Source: Deltaproteobacteria bacterium
Lineage (GTDB): Bacteria > Desulfobacterota > Syntrophia > Syntrophales > Smithellaceae
Assembly: GCA_021372815.1 (NCBI GenBank)
Contig: JAJFTS010000149.1
Location: 1-62,013 of the forward strand
Direction: 5' to 3'
DNA length: 62,013 nt
Shown: piece after piece, positions 44,599 to 54,091 of the stretch
Numbering within the stretch: the stretch's first letter is position 1
Layout of the letters: each line of letters starts with the position of its first letter
Notes under the pieces: generated by a model
The model's input: only the letters and a program-made list of their open reading frames with translations
Told to the model about the DNA's origin: nothing
The model's database searches: none
Translations under genes and position numbers: made by a program

Positions 44599-44627
44599 TT
44601 GACAGAGTTGCACACTAATATTATAAA
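44599..44627 (+). promoter_or_regulatory. Sigma70-type promoter for the glycosyltransferase-like gene
   Basis: TTGACA (44599-44604), 17 nt, TATAAA (44622-44627). Followed by hairpin CCTCAAT-atgtttg-ATTGAGG. Confidence 0.5.
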
Positions 44628-44655
44628 TGCCTCAATATGTTTGATTGAGGATACC

Positions 44656-45384
44656 GTGTCAAAACAAACCGATGCCTGGAATTTTTTCGATCGTTTATAC
44701 TGCATCTCCCTTCGCGAACGCGAGGATCGTCGCCAATCGGCTCTTCAAGAATTTTCAAAAGTAGGGCTGGCGGACAGAGTCGAGTTCGTGCTTGGCGAAC
44801 GTCATCCGGACAATATGGAAGAGGACGTTTACTATTCCCATATGCTTTGCCTGCAAAAAGGGCTGGAGGCCGGCGCGAATAACATCGTTATATTTGAAGA
44901 CGATGTAGAATTTGACCGTTTTGACCCGGAGCGATTAAGACGCTGCACCGGGTTTTTAAAACAACATCCTTCATGGAAAGTTCTGCTTCTGGGAGCCTTG
45001 ATTCGCTCCAGCAGCAAGACGACCGAACCGTGCGTTCAGAAAGTTCGTTACCAGAGCCTGACCCATGCCTACGTTTTAAACAGACCTTACGCGGAAACTT
45101 TAGCCTATAAACCGTGGCAGGGTATTGTCAACGACACTCTCTTCCGACCGCTGACCGATGACGTTTACGCAATTTATCCCATGTGCGCATTTCAAAAAAA
45201 TTTTACTTCGGATAATGAAAATTATCCCGGTCTTGTAATGATCCGGCGGTTTCTGGGCGGGTTGAAGAGGATTCAAAAGGCCAACGAATTCTATCAGCGG
45301 CACAAATTCGGCGTCATCGCCGCGCACGTCGTCATGGTGTTGCTTCTATTGATCGCTTTCCTGGCCAGATACGGGCGGTTTTGA
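44656..45384 (+). CDS. Glycosyltransferase family 25-like protein with C-terminal TM anchor
   Basis: FDRLYCISLREREDRRQSALQEFSKVGL...NIVIFEDDVEF resembles the GT25 (LPS glycosyltransferase) signature. The GTG start at 44656 is assumed. Confidence 0.45.
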   Translation: MSKQTDAWNFFDRLYCISLREREDRRQSALQEFSKVGLADRVEFVLGERHPDNMEEDVYYSHMLCLQKGLEAGANNIVIFEDDVEFDRFDPERLRRCTGFLKQHPSWKVLLLGALIRSSSKTTEPCVQKVRYQSLTHAYVLNRPYAETLAYKPWQGIVNDTLFRPLTDDVYAIYPMCAFQKNFTSDNENYPGLVMIRRFLGGLKRIQKANEFYQRHKFGVIAAHVVMVLLLLIAFLARYGRF

Positions 45385-45452
45385 TTATTCTCTGAAAAAT
45401 CAAAACCGCTGCAACAAAAGCAGAAGACAAATAATACCGTTACTGAAATGAC

Positions 45453-45815
45453 TTATTTTTTATTGTACTCCAGTTTCCACGAAACGTAATCCCTAAGCTT
45501 TCTGACGGCATCGCCGGGCGTATTAACGAATTGCACGCCCGCCTCATAGGATTCGTCTTCGTAAATAATTTTCACCCATTTTACTTTTCCAATGACGGTT
45601 ATCATCTCTCGCACTGTGTTCAATTTCATCTCCATCATCAGAAGAGTATCAACAGGTAAGTATATATGGGCCTGTATTCGGGCTCCGGAAGCTGAAATAT
45701 CCTTGCTGCGGTTATGGATTACTTTTTCCTCGGGGAGATCGTTTCCTCCGGAAACGACGGTTATGGTCACTTCGTTTTCCTCCTGCAGCCTGGGAGCTCT
45801 CCTTCTTTCATCCAT
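45453..45815 (-). CDS. PilZ domain protein (c-di-GMP receptor type)
   Basis: RRRAPR (RxxxR) and DISASG (D.S..G) motifs at canonical spacing. Confidence 0.75.
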   Translation of the reverse strand: MDERRRAPRLQEENEVTITVVSGGNDLPEEKVIHNRSKDISASGARIQAHIYLPVDTLLMMEMKLNTVREMITVIGKVKWVKIIYEDESYEAGVQFVNTPGDAVRKLRDYVSWKLEYNKK

Positions 45816-45997
45816 AACGATTCCTTCCCCCTCTTATTTTTTATAATGTCCGTTTCTCGATTTTTCCCCGAATTATCCAACCCTTGAATATTTTTAAGGT
45901 TAATTATCTCACCCGCTCACGAAAAACAAGACTTTATTTGCGTAAGCAAATACATGTTGTTCGTGTCAGGACAATATTTCGGAATAAGCCTCCACTA

Positions 45998-46026
45998 TTG
46001 ACAATGAGGGACTATTTTCATATATT
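45998..46026 (+). promoter_or_regulatory. Near-consensus sigma70 promoter
   Basis: TTGACA (45998-46003), 17 nt, TATATT (46021-46026), about 185 nt upstream of the 57-aa ORF. Confidence 0.5.
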
Positions 46027-46210
46027 ATATGCAAAGCATTAATAAAAGCGATTGGTTCTATGTCTTGCTGGTGTCCTTATTACCGCTTTTTTGGAATATA
46101 CATTAACCTCTTTCAGAAAAATTCTATTGCTCAGTACGTCCTCTAAACACAACCTGCAGGGTGTTAACTAACAAACAAATTGGTTTTCACAGACAAAAGG
46201 AGAAAAAACC

Positions 46211-46384
46211 ATGGGAAAACTTAATTTGACACTTGAAGAAGAAGCTAAGGTTCTGGAGATTCTGGAGAGATATCTTCCGGAACTGGAACACGAAACCGTG
46301 CACACGGACAACAAGGAACTCCGCAAGTTTTTTATGGAACGGAAGGAGTTCATGCAAGAACTGATGCGGCGCCTGAAAAGCTGA
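46211..46384 (+). CDS. Small helical hypothetical protein (57 aa; below the ORF-track cutoff)
   Basis: AAAGGAG RBS 7 nt upstream. MGKLNLTLEEEAKVLEILERYLPELEHETVHTDNKELRKFFMERKEFMQELMRRLKS. Confidence 0.45.
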   Translation: MGKLNLTLEEEAKVLEILERYLPELEHETVHTDNKELRKFFMERKEFMQELMRRLKS

Positions 46385-46620
46385 CCGCCTTTTTCTGAAG
46401 ATAAAGAAATATTGACAGAATTATACGGTCAACCTCAGAAAAAAATTTTTATGAGTCATCTGGTGCATCCATCGCACAAAATGGCATGATATATATTTTT
46501 GTGTAAATTTCCGCCTAAAAAATCTTTTTTACTGCTCAAATTACATCGATATTTTCCACGACTTCAGGAGAATCACGGAGATCATATTCTTGAAGAATAC
46601 TACGGAACGGACGTTCTTTA

Positions 46621-46662
46621 TTAAAGAAAAGAGTGGCCGGACGCCCATGCAGGTGCCCGGCC
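46621..46662 (-). terminator. Terminator after the protease gene
   Basis: GGCCGG (46635-46640) pairs with CCGGCC (46657-46662), with extra partial pairing. The minus strand continues ACTCTTTTCTTTAA. Confidence 0.45.
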
Positions 46663-46677
46663 CTTCTTTGCGCTTGT

Positions 46678-48426
46678 TTAATATTTGACAATAATTCTGC
46701 TCGACGATGCCCTGCAATTATTGGACTCGTTGCTTTCACTTATTACGCCATTGTCATCCGCGCAGGCAACAGCATAGTAGGTCGTTCTGGTTATTCCGCT
46801 GGGAACGGTAACCGTTACGGAACCCTTGGACGATTGTCCCGCCGCCAAAGTCGCCACGGACCGCGAACCGCTAAGCAGTACCGAACTGCTTGTTTTTGAG
46901 TTTGTCGTGGACAGATAGTATTTTGTCGTGGAAGCGGCCGCCGAGGCCTTGCCCTGATTTCTTGTTGTATCAGTAATGGAAAAACTTCGTGCGGACGCTG
47001 TAATGGTCTTATAAGAATTGCTCACCGCCGAAATGACAAGATCGGGCGTGCCGGCGATGCTGATGGTTACAGAAGCGCTCCTGGAGGCCGAGACGTTGCC
47101 TGCGGCATCTTTGGCCCAGGCGTAAAGAGTCTTTGTGCCCGCAGTCGTCGAGGAAGCAAAGGCGTAACTGGTCGGCGCGCTGGTTGACCATCCCGATGCC
47201 GAGGCCGTAGGAGCGGTCGATGAACTGGTCACCATGTAGCCGGTTACACCGACGTCATCCGTCGCCGTAAAGGAGTTAATGCTCACGGTGAGAGATGTCG
47301 AAGAAGCGGGAAGGGTGAAGGCCGTGACGGTGGGAGCGGTGGTGTCGCCGGAAGAGCTGCCTCCCTCACCCCATTCCATATTCAAAGTTTGAAAACTAAG
47401 TGCATAGGAGGACATTCGGTAAAATGTGCAGCCGTAATTGACGTACATCTTCATGCGGAAAATGCCGTTGGGTCTGTTGGCCGTTGTTCCCCAGCTGTTG
47501 ACGACAATCCAGTAATGGTTGGCCGTGTTTGCGTCGGAATCATCATATCCGACCAAAGTCACGGCATGACCTCCGCCGCCATAGGAACTCCATACCTGAC
47601 CGCAGTAAGTGTCCGGATTCCAGATGGCGCTTTCCGACTGGTTGTTCCAGAAATTATAGAAATTGTTCCAGGCCGTTGTGGTAGGCAGGTAAAAAGCAAA
47701 CCAGACCGCCTTGCCCTGATTCAGAATATTCTTAATGTTGGAGATGGCTGTCGCCTGTGCAACACCCGTGGAGGTAACTGTAGCCGCTTCTATGGATGCA
47801 ATAGGGTAGTTGGTGGAAGTCGAAATACTGCTGCACGACACGCTGGATACGCTGCCGTAATAACTGCATTCGAAGTTGTCGTCCTGAAACATGGCGTTGG
47901 TATTGGACGCAGGAATGGCCTTCTGTTTACTGTTATAAAAATCCACCACATCGGAAAGCCAGCCGCCGCAACAGGGATTTTCTCCGTAACAGGAATTGAT
48001 AAATTGGACGGAAAGATTGGCCGCCTGGCCTGTCTGAGTATTCAAGTCAACCCCCATGACACGCGTTCCGGCCCAGGCCCAGCAGTCGCCGCAAGATCCC
48101 TGAGAGTCAGCAGGAGAATACGTGAGCAGGTCCAGAAGATTGGCCGACGACACATTGCCCGTTCTCGCCGCTACGACGGGTTTTACACGGTGATGGTATC
48201 TTTCATCAATATGCGCGCGGGGCGCCCTTTCGTATCTGTCCTGCCACCTTCTGATGGTTAAATCATCCGGCTGCATAATGGGGAATGTTTTAGAGGGAGG
48301 ATTCGAATCGAGAACATATTCCTCTCTGTCACGCGAATTGTTTCCCGCCTGGCCGGACACCGGTAAAAAAACAAAAGTTAACATTAAAAAAACAACTGCG
48401 AACCGCCATAGGAATTTTTGTCTCAT
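46678..48426 (-). CDS. Secreted papain-like (C1 family) cysteine peptidase with C-terminal Ig-like and CARDB-like domains
   Basis: Signal peptide. Catalytic Cys in GSCGDCWAWAG, His in GGGHAVTLVGYDD, Asn in WIVVNSWG. C-terminal TATDDVGVTGY Ig-like module and PDLVIS...ESNESNN CARDB-like module. Confidence 0.8.
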   Translation of the reverse strand: MRQKFLWRFAVVFLMLTFVFLPVSGQAGNNSRDREEYVLDSNPPSKTFPIMQPDDLTIRRWQDRYERAPRAHIDERYHHRVKPVVAARTGNVSSANLLDLLTYSPADSQGSCGDCWAWAGTRVMGVDLNTQTGQAANLSVQFINSCYGENPCCGGWLSDVVDFYNSKQKAIPASNTNAMFQDDNFECSYYGSVSSVSCSSISTSTNYPIASIEAATVTSTGVAQATAISNIKNILNQGKAVWFAFYLPTTTAWNNFYNFWNNQSESAIWNPDTYCGQVWSSYGGGGHAVTLVGYDDSDANTANHYWIVVNSWGTTANRPNGIFRMKMYVNYGCTFYRMSSYALSFQTLNMEWGEGGSSSGDTTAPTVTAFTLPASSTSLTVSINSFTATDDVGVTGYMVTSSSTAPTASASGWSTSAPTSYAFASSTTAGTKTLYAWAKDAAGNVSASRSASVTISIAGTPDLVISAVSNSYKTITASARSFSITDTTRNQGKASAAASTTKYYLSTTNSKTSSSVLLSGSRSVATLAAGQSSKGSVTVTVPSGITRTTYYAVACADDNGVISESNESNNCRASSSRIIVKY

Positions 48427-48488
48427 GAATAACCTCCAAAGTCGCCTCTATTTTGCACGCGCTGTCTTCAAAATCAGCGCGATTGCTG

Positions 48489-48938
48489 CTATTTTGCCTT
48501 GCCGGTTTTGATCGTTGGAAAATCAAAGAGAACAGGGGTACAGGTTCCCTTCGTAATTACTTTCAAATAACAGGGTAAATGTTTTCCGGTTTTGATGCCG
48601 TATCGCTTCAAGAAATCTTCCCTGGGATAGGAAGAATCTTTTTGGACAATCGACCATTGTTGGCCTTCGATCCGGACGAATTCCTCCTGAATGGTTTCTT
48701 GCGGATGGAAAGAAAATTTGATTTCGTATTCGCCTGTTCCTCCGGGTCTTGGGGTAACCGAAACAATTTCAGCTTCGCCCTTGTATTGCTTATAGATACA
48801 GGCGCCGCCGACTCGAGGATGGGACGGGGAAGCGGCCGCTAAGCTGTACGGACACAAAGACACGAGCAGTATCAAGGTCATACTGACTTTGAACAGATCA
48901 ATACCCCTCTGCGATACAAACGCCGACAAGCTTTTCAT
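48489..48938 (-). CDS. Hypothetical secreted protein upstream of the protease
   Basis: Start re-picked at MKSLSAF (GAGG 8 nt upstream). Hydrophobic signal LILLVSLCPYSLAAAS. No family recognised. Confidence 0.5.
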   Translation of the reverse strand: MKSLSAFVSQRGIDLFKVSMTLILLVSLCPYSLAAASPSHPRVGGACIYKQYKGEAEIVSVTPRPGGTGEYEIKFSFHPQETIQEEFVRIEGQQWSIVQKDSSYPREDFLKRYGIKTGKHLPCYLKVITKGTCTPVLFDFPTIKTGKAK

Positions 48939-49014
48939 TCTATCTGCCTCTGGCAACCAATCAGAACCGGTCAATATCCCTCTTTTCTTAGTAAACACCG
49001 CCGTTCAGGGCTTC

Positions 49015-49043
49015 ATTGTATATAATTATTTATGATTTTGCAA
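49015..49043 (-). promoter_or_regulatory. Sigma70-type promoter for the secreted-protein/protease pair
   Basis: Minus strand reads TTGCAA (49038-49043), 17 nt, TACAAT (49015-49020). Confidence 0.5.
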
Positions 49044-49124
49044 TTGTTACCCGATGGAATTGTATTGTGCACAGTTTGAAAGGAATGACACCTTGAGAGA
49101 GTATATGATAGCAAAATATTTTCA

Positions 49125-50603
49125 TTATTCCCGGAGATATTTTTCGTCAAAAATATTTCCGATGTTTAAAATGACATTCGGATCAAAAACCAGTTTTACT
49201 TTGGCCATCTGCCTGATAACCGCTTCTCCATACATCATCAGCAAATATTCCCGTTTCATTTTACCGATGCCGTGTTCAGCGGAGACAGTGCCTTTGAGAC
49301 GAACGGCTTCGCAACAGATTTCGGCGTATATTTTTTTCGCCTGGATAAAATCACCCTGATTTTTGGGCAGCATATTCAGATGAATATGGCAGTTGCCGAA
49401 ATGGCCGTACACCACATATTCAATTTTATTTTGTTCAACAAGTTCAGTCATCCATTTGTAAAATGAACGGAACGTCTCAGCAGGAACGGCGACATCGGTC
49501 CCCACTTTTCTTAATCCGCGACGGGCGACAAACTCATTAACCTTCCAGGAAATCGCATGGCGGAAATCCTTAAATTTTTCCTGCTCTTTCTTCTTGACCG
49601 CCAACCACGTGGTTTCGGCGTCGGCATGATGCTTAAGCATCAATTGCAGCCAGGCCGCGGTTAATTCCTCCTCATCGGCTGCCAATTCCTGTTCAAACCA
49701 GACCGAGCATGTATTGTGCGGAATCGCCGGGTAATCCTCGCGAAGAAAGTTCAGTGTCAGCTCGTTAAAGAATTCCAGGCCCCGGGCTGAAATCTTAATT
49801 TTTCCCCCGGAAGAACCGGACCTGGTGATAGCACGGGCTTCTTCAATAAAATTAAAGGCGTCCTCTTCGTGTTTGAAAAACACAACACAAGAAAGAATAT
49901 TTTCGTCGAGTGCAATCAGTTTCAGTTTCAATTCGGTAATAATGCCCAAAGTTCCTTCGCTTCCGATAAACAGATCCATCAGGTCCATATTCGCTCTGCA
50001 ATAATAACCGGAGGCGTTTTTAGTATCCGGCATTTCCATTTGAGGAATCGAAATCTGATATTTTGTTCCCTGATCCGCTGCAAAAGAAAAAGTATATGCG
50101 GACGCAACAATTTTTCCTCGTTCGATAGAAAGCGTATCCCCGGACGGCAAAACAACTCTCATGCCGATGATATAATCACGGGTCGGTCCGTACTTAAAAC
50201 TGCGGGCTCCCGAAGAATTGGTGGCCACAGTGGCGCCGATAAAACAATTCCTCTCCGTCGGGTCGGGCGGGTAGAATAATTTCTTTTCTTCAACATACTC
50301 CTGGATATCCTTCAAAATCATTCCGGGCTGAACGCGTAAGTATTTTTCAACTTCGTTGAGTTCAATGATCTTATTCATTTTTTCCATGGCAATCACGACC
50401 CCGCCCTCGGGCACGCGTGATCCGGTCAGTCCCGTGCCGTTGCCGGAAATTGTCATTCTTGTCTTTGCGGTATTGAATTTTCTGACCAAGGCGATAATAT
50501 CTTCTTCGCTTTCCGGCAAATAAACCGCTGCGGCCGCTCCCTGATAATTAGAGGCATCGGAAAGATAGTTTTGAAATTCGTCCGGATTATTTTTAACAAT
50601 CAT
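49125..50603 (-). CDS. FAD-linked oxidase (GlcD / D-lactate dehydrogenase-like)
   Basis: FAD_binding_4-type N-terminus (ISGNGTGLTGS, NSSGARS) and FAD-oxidase C-terminal domain (SAEHGIG). Confidence 0.85.
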   Translation of the reverse strand: MIVKNNPDEFQNYLSDASNYQGAAAAVYLPESEEDIIALVRKFNTAKTRMTISGNGTGLTGSRVPEGGVVIAMEKMNKIIELNEVEKYLRVQPGMILKDIQEYVEEKKLFYPPDPTERNCFIGATVATNSSGARSFKYGPTRDYIIGMRVVLPSGDTLSIERGKIVASAYTFSFAADQGTKYQISIPQMEMPDTKNASGYYCRANMDLMDLFIGSEGTLGIITELKLKLIALDENILSCVVFFKHEEDAFNFIEEARAITRSGSSGGKIKISARGLEFFNELTLNFLREDYPAIPHNTCSVWFEQELAADEEELTAAWLQLMLKHHADAETTWLAVKKKEQEKFKDFRHAISWKVNEFVARRGLRKVGTDVAVPAETFRSFYKWMTELVEQNKIEYVVYGHFGNCHIHLNMLPKNQGDFIQAKKIYAEICCEAVRLKGTVSAEHGIGKMKREYLLMMYGEAVIRQMAKVKLVFDPNVILNIGNIFDEKYLRE

Positions 50604-50642
50604 GGTCTTGCCCGGCTCATTTTTTATCCATATCGCCTGCGC

Positions 50643-51920
50643 TTAAGCTTTGCGCAGGGTCATCAGCAACGCCGCTGCGGTCAAAAGGCAGACGGCCAGA
50701 AACATTATCCCTCCCGCAAACGATCCGGTGGCATCCCGGATGAAGCCCATGACGTAAGGTCCCACAAAACCGCCCAGATTTCCAACACTGTTAATCATGG
50801 CAATCGCTCCCGCCGCGGCCGTTGCCGTTAAAAAGGAAGAAGGAATGGCCCAGAAGGGGCCGAAAGATCCGTACACTCCCATAACTGCTATCGTATAACA
50901 GGCCATGGACACAAACACGCTAATGTCCGCCAGGAGCGCGCTGCCGGCAAGCCCGATTGCCGTCGTCATCATGCCGGCGACCGTGTGCCAGCGGCGTTCC
51001 CCGGTTTTGTCCGAATGATGTCCTATGCAATACATGGTGATGAAGCCAAAGATATACGGGATCATCACGAGGAATCCCACCATCTGAATGCTGATGGCAG
51101 CCGATAAAGCTTTCACCAGGATCGGCAGGAACATCGTGATGCCGTAAAACCCGCAGACCCACATAAAATATACCGCCGACAGGATAATGACATCCCGGTC
51201 AGCGAAAGCTTGCAGCACGGAATATGTCCTGCGCTCGACTTTGGCCGCTTGTTCGGAGGCCAGTCTATTCACCAGCCAGTTTCTTTCCGCATCGTTGAGC
51301 CATTTGGCTTCCGCCGGATTATTCGTCAGATAAAAGGGCGTTATCAAACCAAGGATCAGCGCCGGAATCGCCTCCAGAATGAACAGCCATTGCCATCCCT
51401 CCAAACCCAGCCAGGTGATCCCCAGCAGATAGGCGGACACCGGCGCGGCCACAATATTGCAGACCGGCAGAGACATCATAAAAATGGCGACAGCTTTGGC
51501 CACGTCCTTTAAACAAAACCAGGTACTCAGATAATAAATAATGCCGGGGAAAAAGCTGGCCTCGGCAACACCAAGAAAGAATCTGACGATATAAAACTGG
51601 GTCGGCGTGGAAACCAGAGCGGTTAAACCGGAGATGATTCCCCAGGTTATCAGAATCCTGGCCATCCACAACCGCGCGCCCACCCTGGCCATGATCAGGT
51701 TGCCGGGTATCTCCATGATAAAATAACCGATAAAAAAAATCCCCGCCCCGAAACCGTAGACGGCATTGCTGAATCCCAGACCCTTGTTCATGGACAAGGC
51801 GGCATAGCCGATATTGACCCGATCCAAAAAAGCGACGACATACAAAAGACATAAAAAAGGCATCAGTCTCCGGAAGACTTTACGAACGGTCGCTTTATCT
51901 TCTGTGGTGGCTTCAATCAT
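50643..51920 (-). CDS. MFS transporter (anion:cation symporter ACS-like)
   Basis: RLMPFLCLLYVVAFLDRVNIGYAAL. Twelve-TM pattern. Confidence 0.85.
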   Translation of the reverse strand: MIEATTEDKATVRKVFRRLMPFLCLLYVVAFLDRVNIGYAALSMNKGLGFSNAVYGFGAGIFFIGYFIMEIPGNLIMARVGARLWMARILITWGIISGLTALVSTPTQFYIVRFFLGVAEASFFPGIIYYLSTWFCLKDVAKAVAIFMMSLPVCNIVAAPVSAYLLGITWLGLEGWQWLFILEAIPALILGLITPFYLTNNPAEAKWLNDAERNWLVNRLASEQAAKVERRTYSVLQAFADRDVIILSAVYFMWVCGFYGITMFLPILVKALSAAISIQMVGFLVMIPYIFGFITMYCIGHHSDKTGERRWHTVAGMMTTAIGLAGSALLADISVFVSMACYTIAVMGVYGSFGPFWAIPSSFLTATAAAGAIAMINSVGNLGGFVGPYVMGFIRDATGSFAGGIMFLAVCLLTAAALLMTLRKA

Positions 51921-52007
51921 CCGTCATTATCCTTGTGTTCCGCCGTTATGAATTTTTGTAAACCGTACGACGAAAACAACTTTGTCTTGTTTCCTTCCGG
52001 AAACTTT

Positions 52008-52907
52008 TTATTGCAAACAGCGCTCAAGAAATAATCCCAGGGCAACCAGCACCGGCGTGCTGATATTGATAATCACGTTTTTCACCATGAAGGGAATAAG
52101 ACCGGGAATATCATCGGCATGGCGCACGACGCCGCGCATCACCGGCACGGCTAAAATGACTGTAGCCATCCCGAGCAGAGCCCCCCAGGGCAGTATTTTC
52201 AACAGACATCCGGCAATAATGGACACATAAGTCAAAACCAGAAAAACATTATATACTACAGCTCCGGATTTGCGCCCGATGCGTATAAGCAGATGATCGC
52301 GGCCAAATTGCCTGTCCGGCTCAACATCGGGAAACTGATTAAGCAGCAACAGATTGTTGACCAGGAAAAAAGGGACCAGGGAAGCCACCGCGGCCGTCAA
52401 GGAATAACGGCCGGTCAGCATAAAATCCGTACCCATGACCATCAACGGTCCGAATCCGAGCCCCGGGGAAATCAGACACAAAAAGGGACTGCGCGTAATG
52501 AGCGGCGTATAGGTGTATATGATGATGATTCCGAGAATGCCGATAGGCAATAACCACGGGCCGCGTTCCATGACAAAATAGATCCCGATACAAGCCATTA
52601 AAAACAGACTGACCAATCCGGTAATCAGCGCCCAGTGAGCTTTGTCAGGATTTTCAGGAAGCGTCTTCGTTCCCCCTGAAAAAGGTGTTGCCTCTGTGAC
52701 CAGATCCAGACCGCTCTTGAAATCATGGTATTCGTTCAGTGCGTTCACACTGGTATGCGCCAAAAGCGCTCCCGCCAGAATAAGAATAATAATGACCGGG
52801 TCAAGAGAGGCTCCCGACCAAAAGGCCGTCGCGATTCCCAGCAGCACACAGGCCGGGGTTAAAACCAGAAAGTTTGGCCGCATGGGACCGATCAAAGCAT
52901 TGCTCAT
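52008..52907 (-). CDS. UbiA-family prenyltransferase (MenA-like)
   Basis: Eight to nine TM segments. NALNEYHDFKSGLD Asp-rich motif. Confidence 0.8.
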   Translation of the reverse strand: MSNALIGPMRPNFLVLTPACVLLGIATAFWSGASLDPVIIILILAGALLAHTSVNALNEYHDFKSGLDLVTEATPFSGGTKTLPENPDKAHWALITGLVSLFLMACIGIYFVMERGPWLLPIGILGIIIIYTYTPLITRSPFLCLISPGLGFGPLMVMGTDFMLTGRYSLTAAVASLVPFFLVNNLLLLNQFPDVEPDRQFGRDHLLIRIGRKSGAVVYNVFLVLTYVSIIAGCLLKILPWGALLGMATVILAVPVMRGVVRHADDIPGLIPFMVKNVIINISTPVLVALGLFLERCLQ

Positions 52908-53010
52908 TGAAAAAACCCTTTAAATTGTACAAGTTTCTTTTCGCGCAGGAAGTATAAGGAGAATGATTCCATGTGTCAATTCCATATTGGCCATAAAACA
53001 GAACATATAG

Positions 53011-53892
53011 TCACATCGTGATCCATCCTGCCGGAAATATATCACCCGTGTACACGGGATGATTATTAAACCAGCGCTCGGGGGCAACTACGATTTTGTC
53101 CTTATCCGGATTGAGCCACGCTCCCCACCAGCTGAAGGAACTGTTGGCGATGATGTGATGCCGGCACAGGCTCATCAGATGCATATCGTTGTAGCTTTCT
53201 TCCCCGCGATTGTGCGCCACAAAGCAGCAGGGATGGCTGATCTTCAGATTAAAGCGAACCCAATCCATGTCATCGGAAAACACAAAAAAATGTGGCGACT
53301 CGACCCGTTTGGCAAGGTAATGGATTGCCTTTTCGTAATAACCCGGCAGACAAACGCCATGTTTGGCTCGTGTTCCCGAATCGCTTACATAATCACCGCG
53401 CCGGATATGCAGGCTTACCGCATTGACCCGGGAAATCTGTTCGGCGATTTCTGCATTATTGTCTGTCAGCGGATGCTTAAAAGTAAAGCGGACGCGCACT
53501 TCGTCGGTGTGTTTTTGAAAATACTTCTCCGATTGCCAATAACCGGCCAGGTAACAATCCGACGGGACATGATTTATTTCCGGCCAGTAATGGAAGTGCG
53601 GCTCAATGACAAGTTCTTTCCGCCGCAGCATCGCCATCCCGCGCCGTGACATAATTCTTCTGACGCGGTGCGGATGCTGCCAGCCCAGAATTCTCCGCAC
53701 ATTCGCCTTGCCGGCAATTTCCGCCGCACAGGAGAAAACCCTGTTCAGCTCAAACCGGCGCTGCATCCTGTCGTCAGCAAAGCAGGAAATGTCCACCCGC
53801 ATAGGAACACCGCGTTCCGCAGAAACGGCCAGACCCGCCGCCAGTTGAAACATCTGATTGCCTAGACCGTCGCTAATTCTGATAATAATCAT
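53011..53892 (-). CDS. Alpha-1,2-fucosyltransferase (GT11)
   Basis: DGLGNQMFQLAAG, SLHIRRGDY, NSSFSWWGAWL. Confidence 0.85.
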   Translation of the reverse strand: MIIIRISDGLGNQMFQLAAGLAVSAERGVPMRVDISCFADDRMQRRFELNRVFSCAAEIAGKANVRRILGWQHPHRVRRIMSRRGMAMLRRKELVIEPHFHYWPEINHVPSDCYLAGYWQSEKYFQKHTDEVRVRFTFKHPLTDNNAEIAEQISRVNAVSLHIRRGDYVSDSGTRAKHGVCLPGYYEKAIHYLAKRVESPHFFVFSDDMDWVRFNLKISHPCCFVAHNRGEESYNDMHLMSLCRHHIIANSSFSWWGAWLNPDKDKIVVAPERWFNNHPVYTGDIFPAGWITM

Positions 53893-53901
53893 ATCGGTTG
53901 A

Positions 53902-53920
53902 TCATCCACATCATCCGCAC
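53902..53920. promoter_or_regulatory. Tandem DnaA-box-like 9-mers at the strand-switch point
   Basis: TCATCCACA (53902-53910; 1 mismatch to TTATCCACA), then TCATCCGCA (53911-53919; 2 mismatches). Confidence 0.35.
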
Positions 53921-54091
53921 AAAGATTAAGGAAATCTTTGTCACTTAATAACAATCATGAGTAGCAAAACTTTTTCCAATATACAAGGTTCTTCCGGGTG
54001 AATCGTTTCATCATTATGCCTGGGATTCAGTCCGCATGGGGGGAAAATTTATAATTTGCGGCGGCTGATATTTTTTGTTATTCCATGCATT

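Noticed and set aside
46536-46739. 67-aa minus-strand ORF overlapping the protease 3-prime end
   Set aside because: It overlaps the protease stop and runs through its terminator hairpin. It has no RBS and no recognisable motif.
47389-48261. 290-aa plus-strand ORF
   Set aside because: It is antisense to the C1 peptidase gene, which has the complete Cys/His/Asn catalytic set. It is a shadow ORF.
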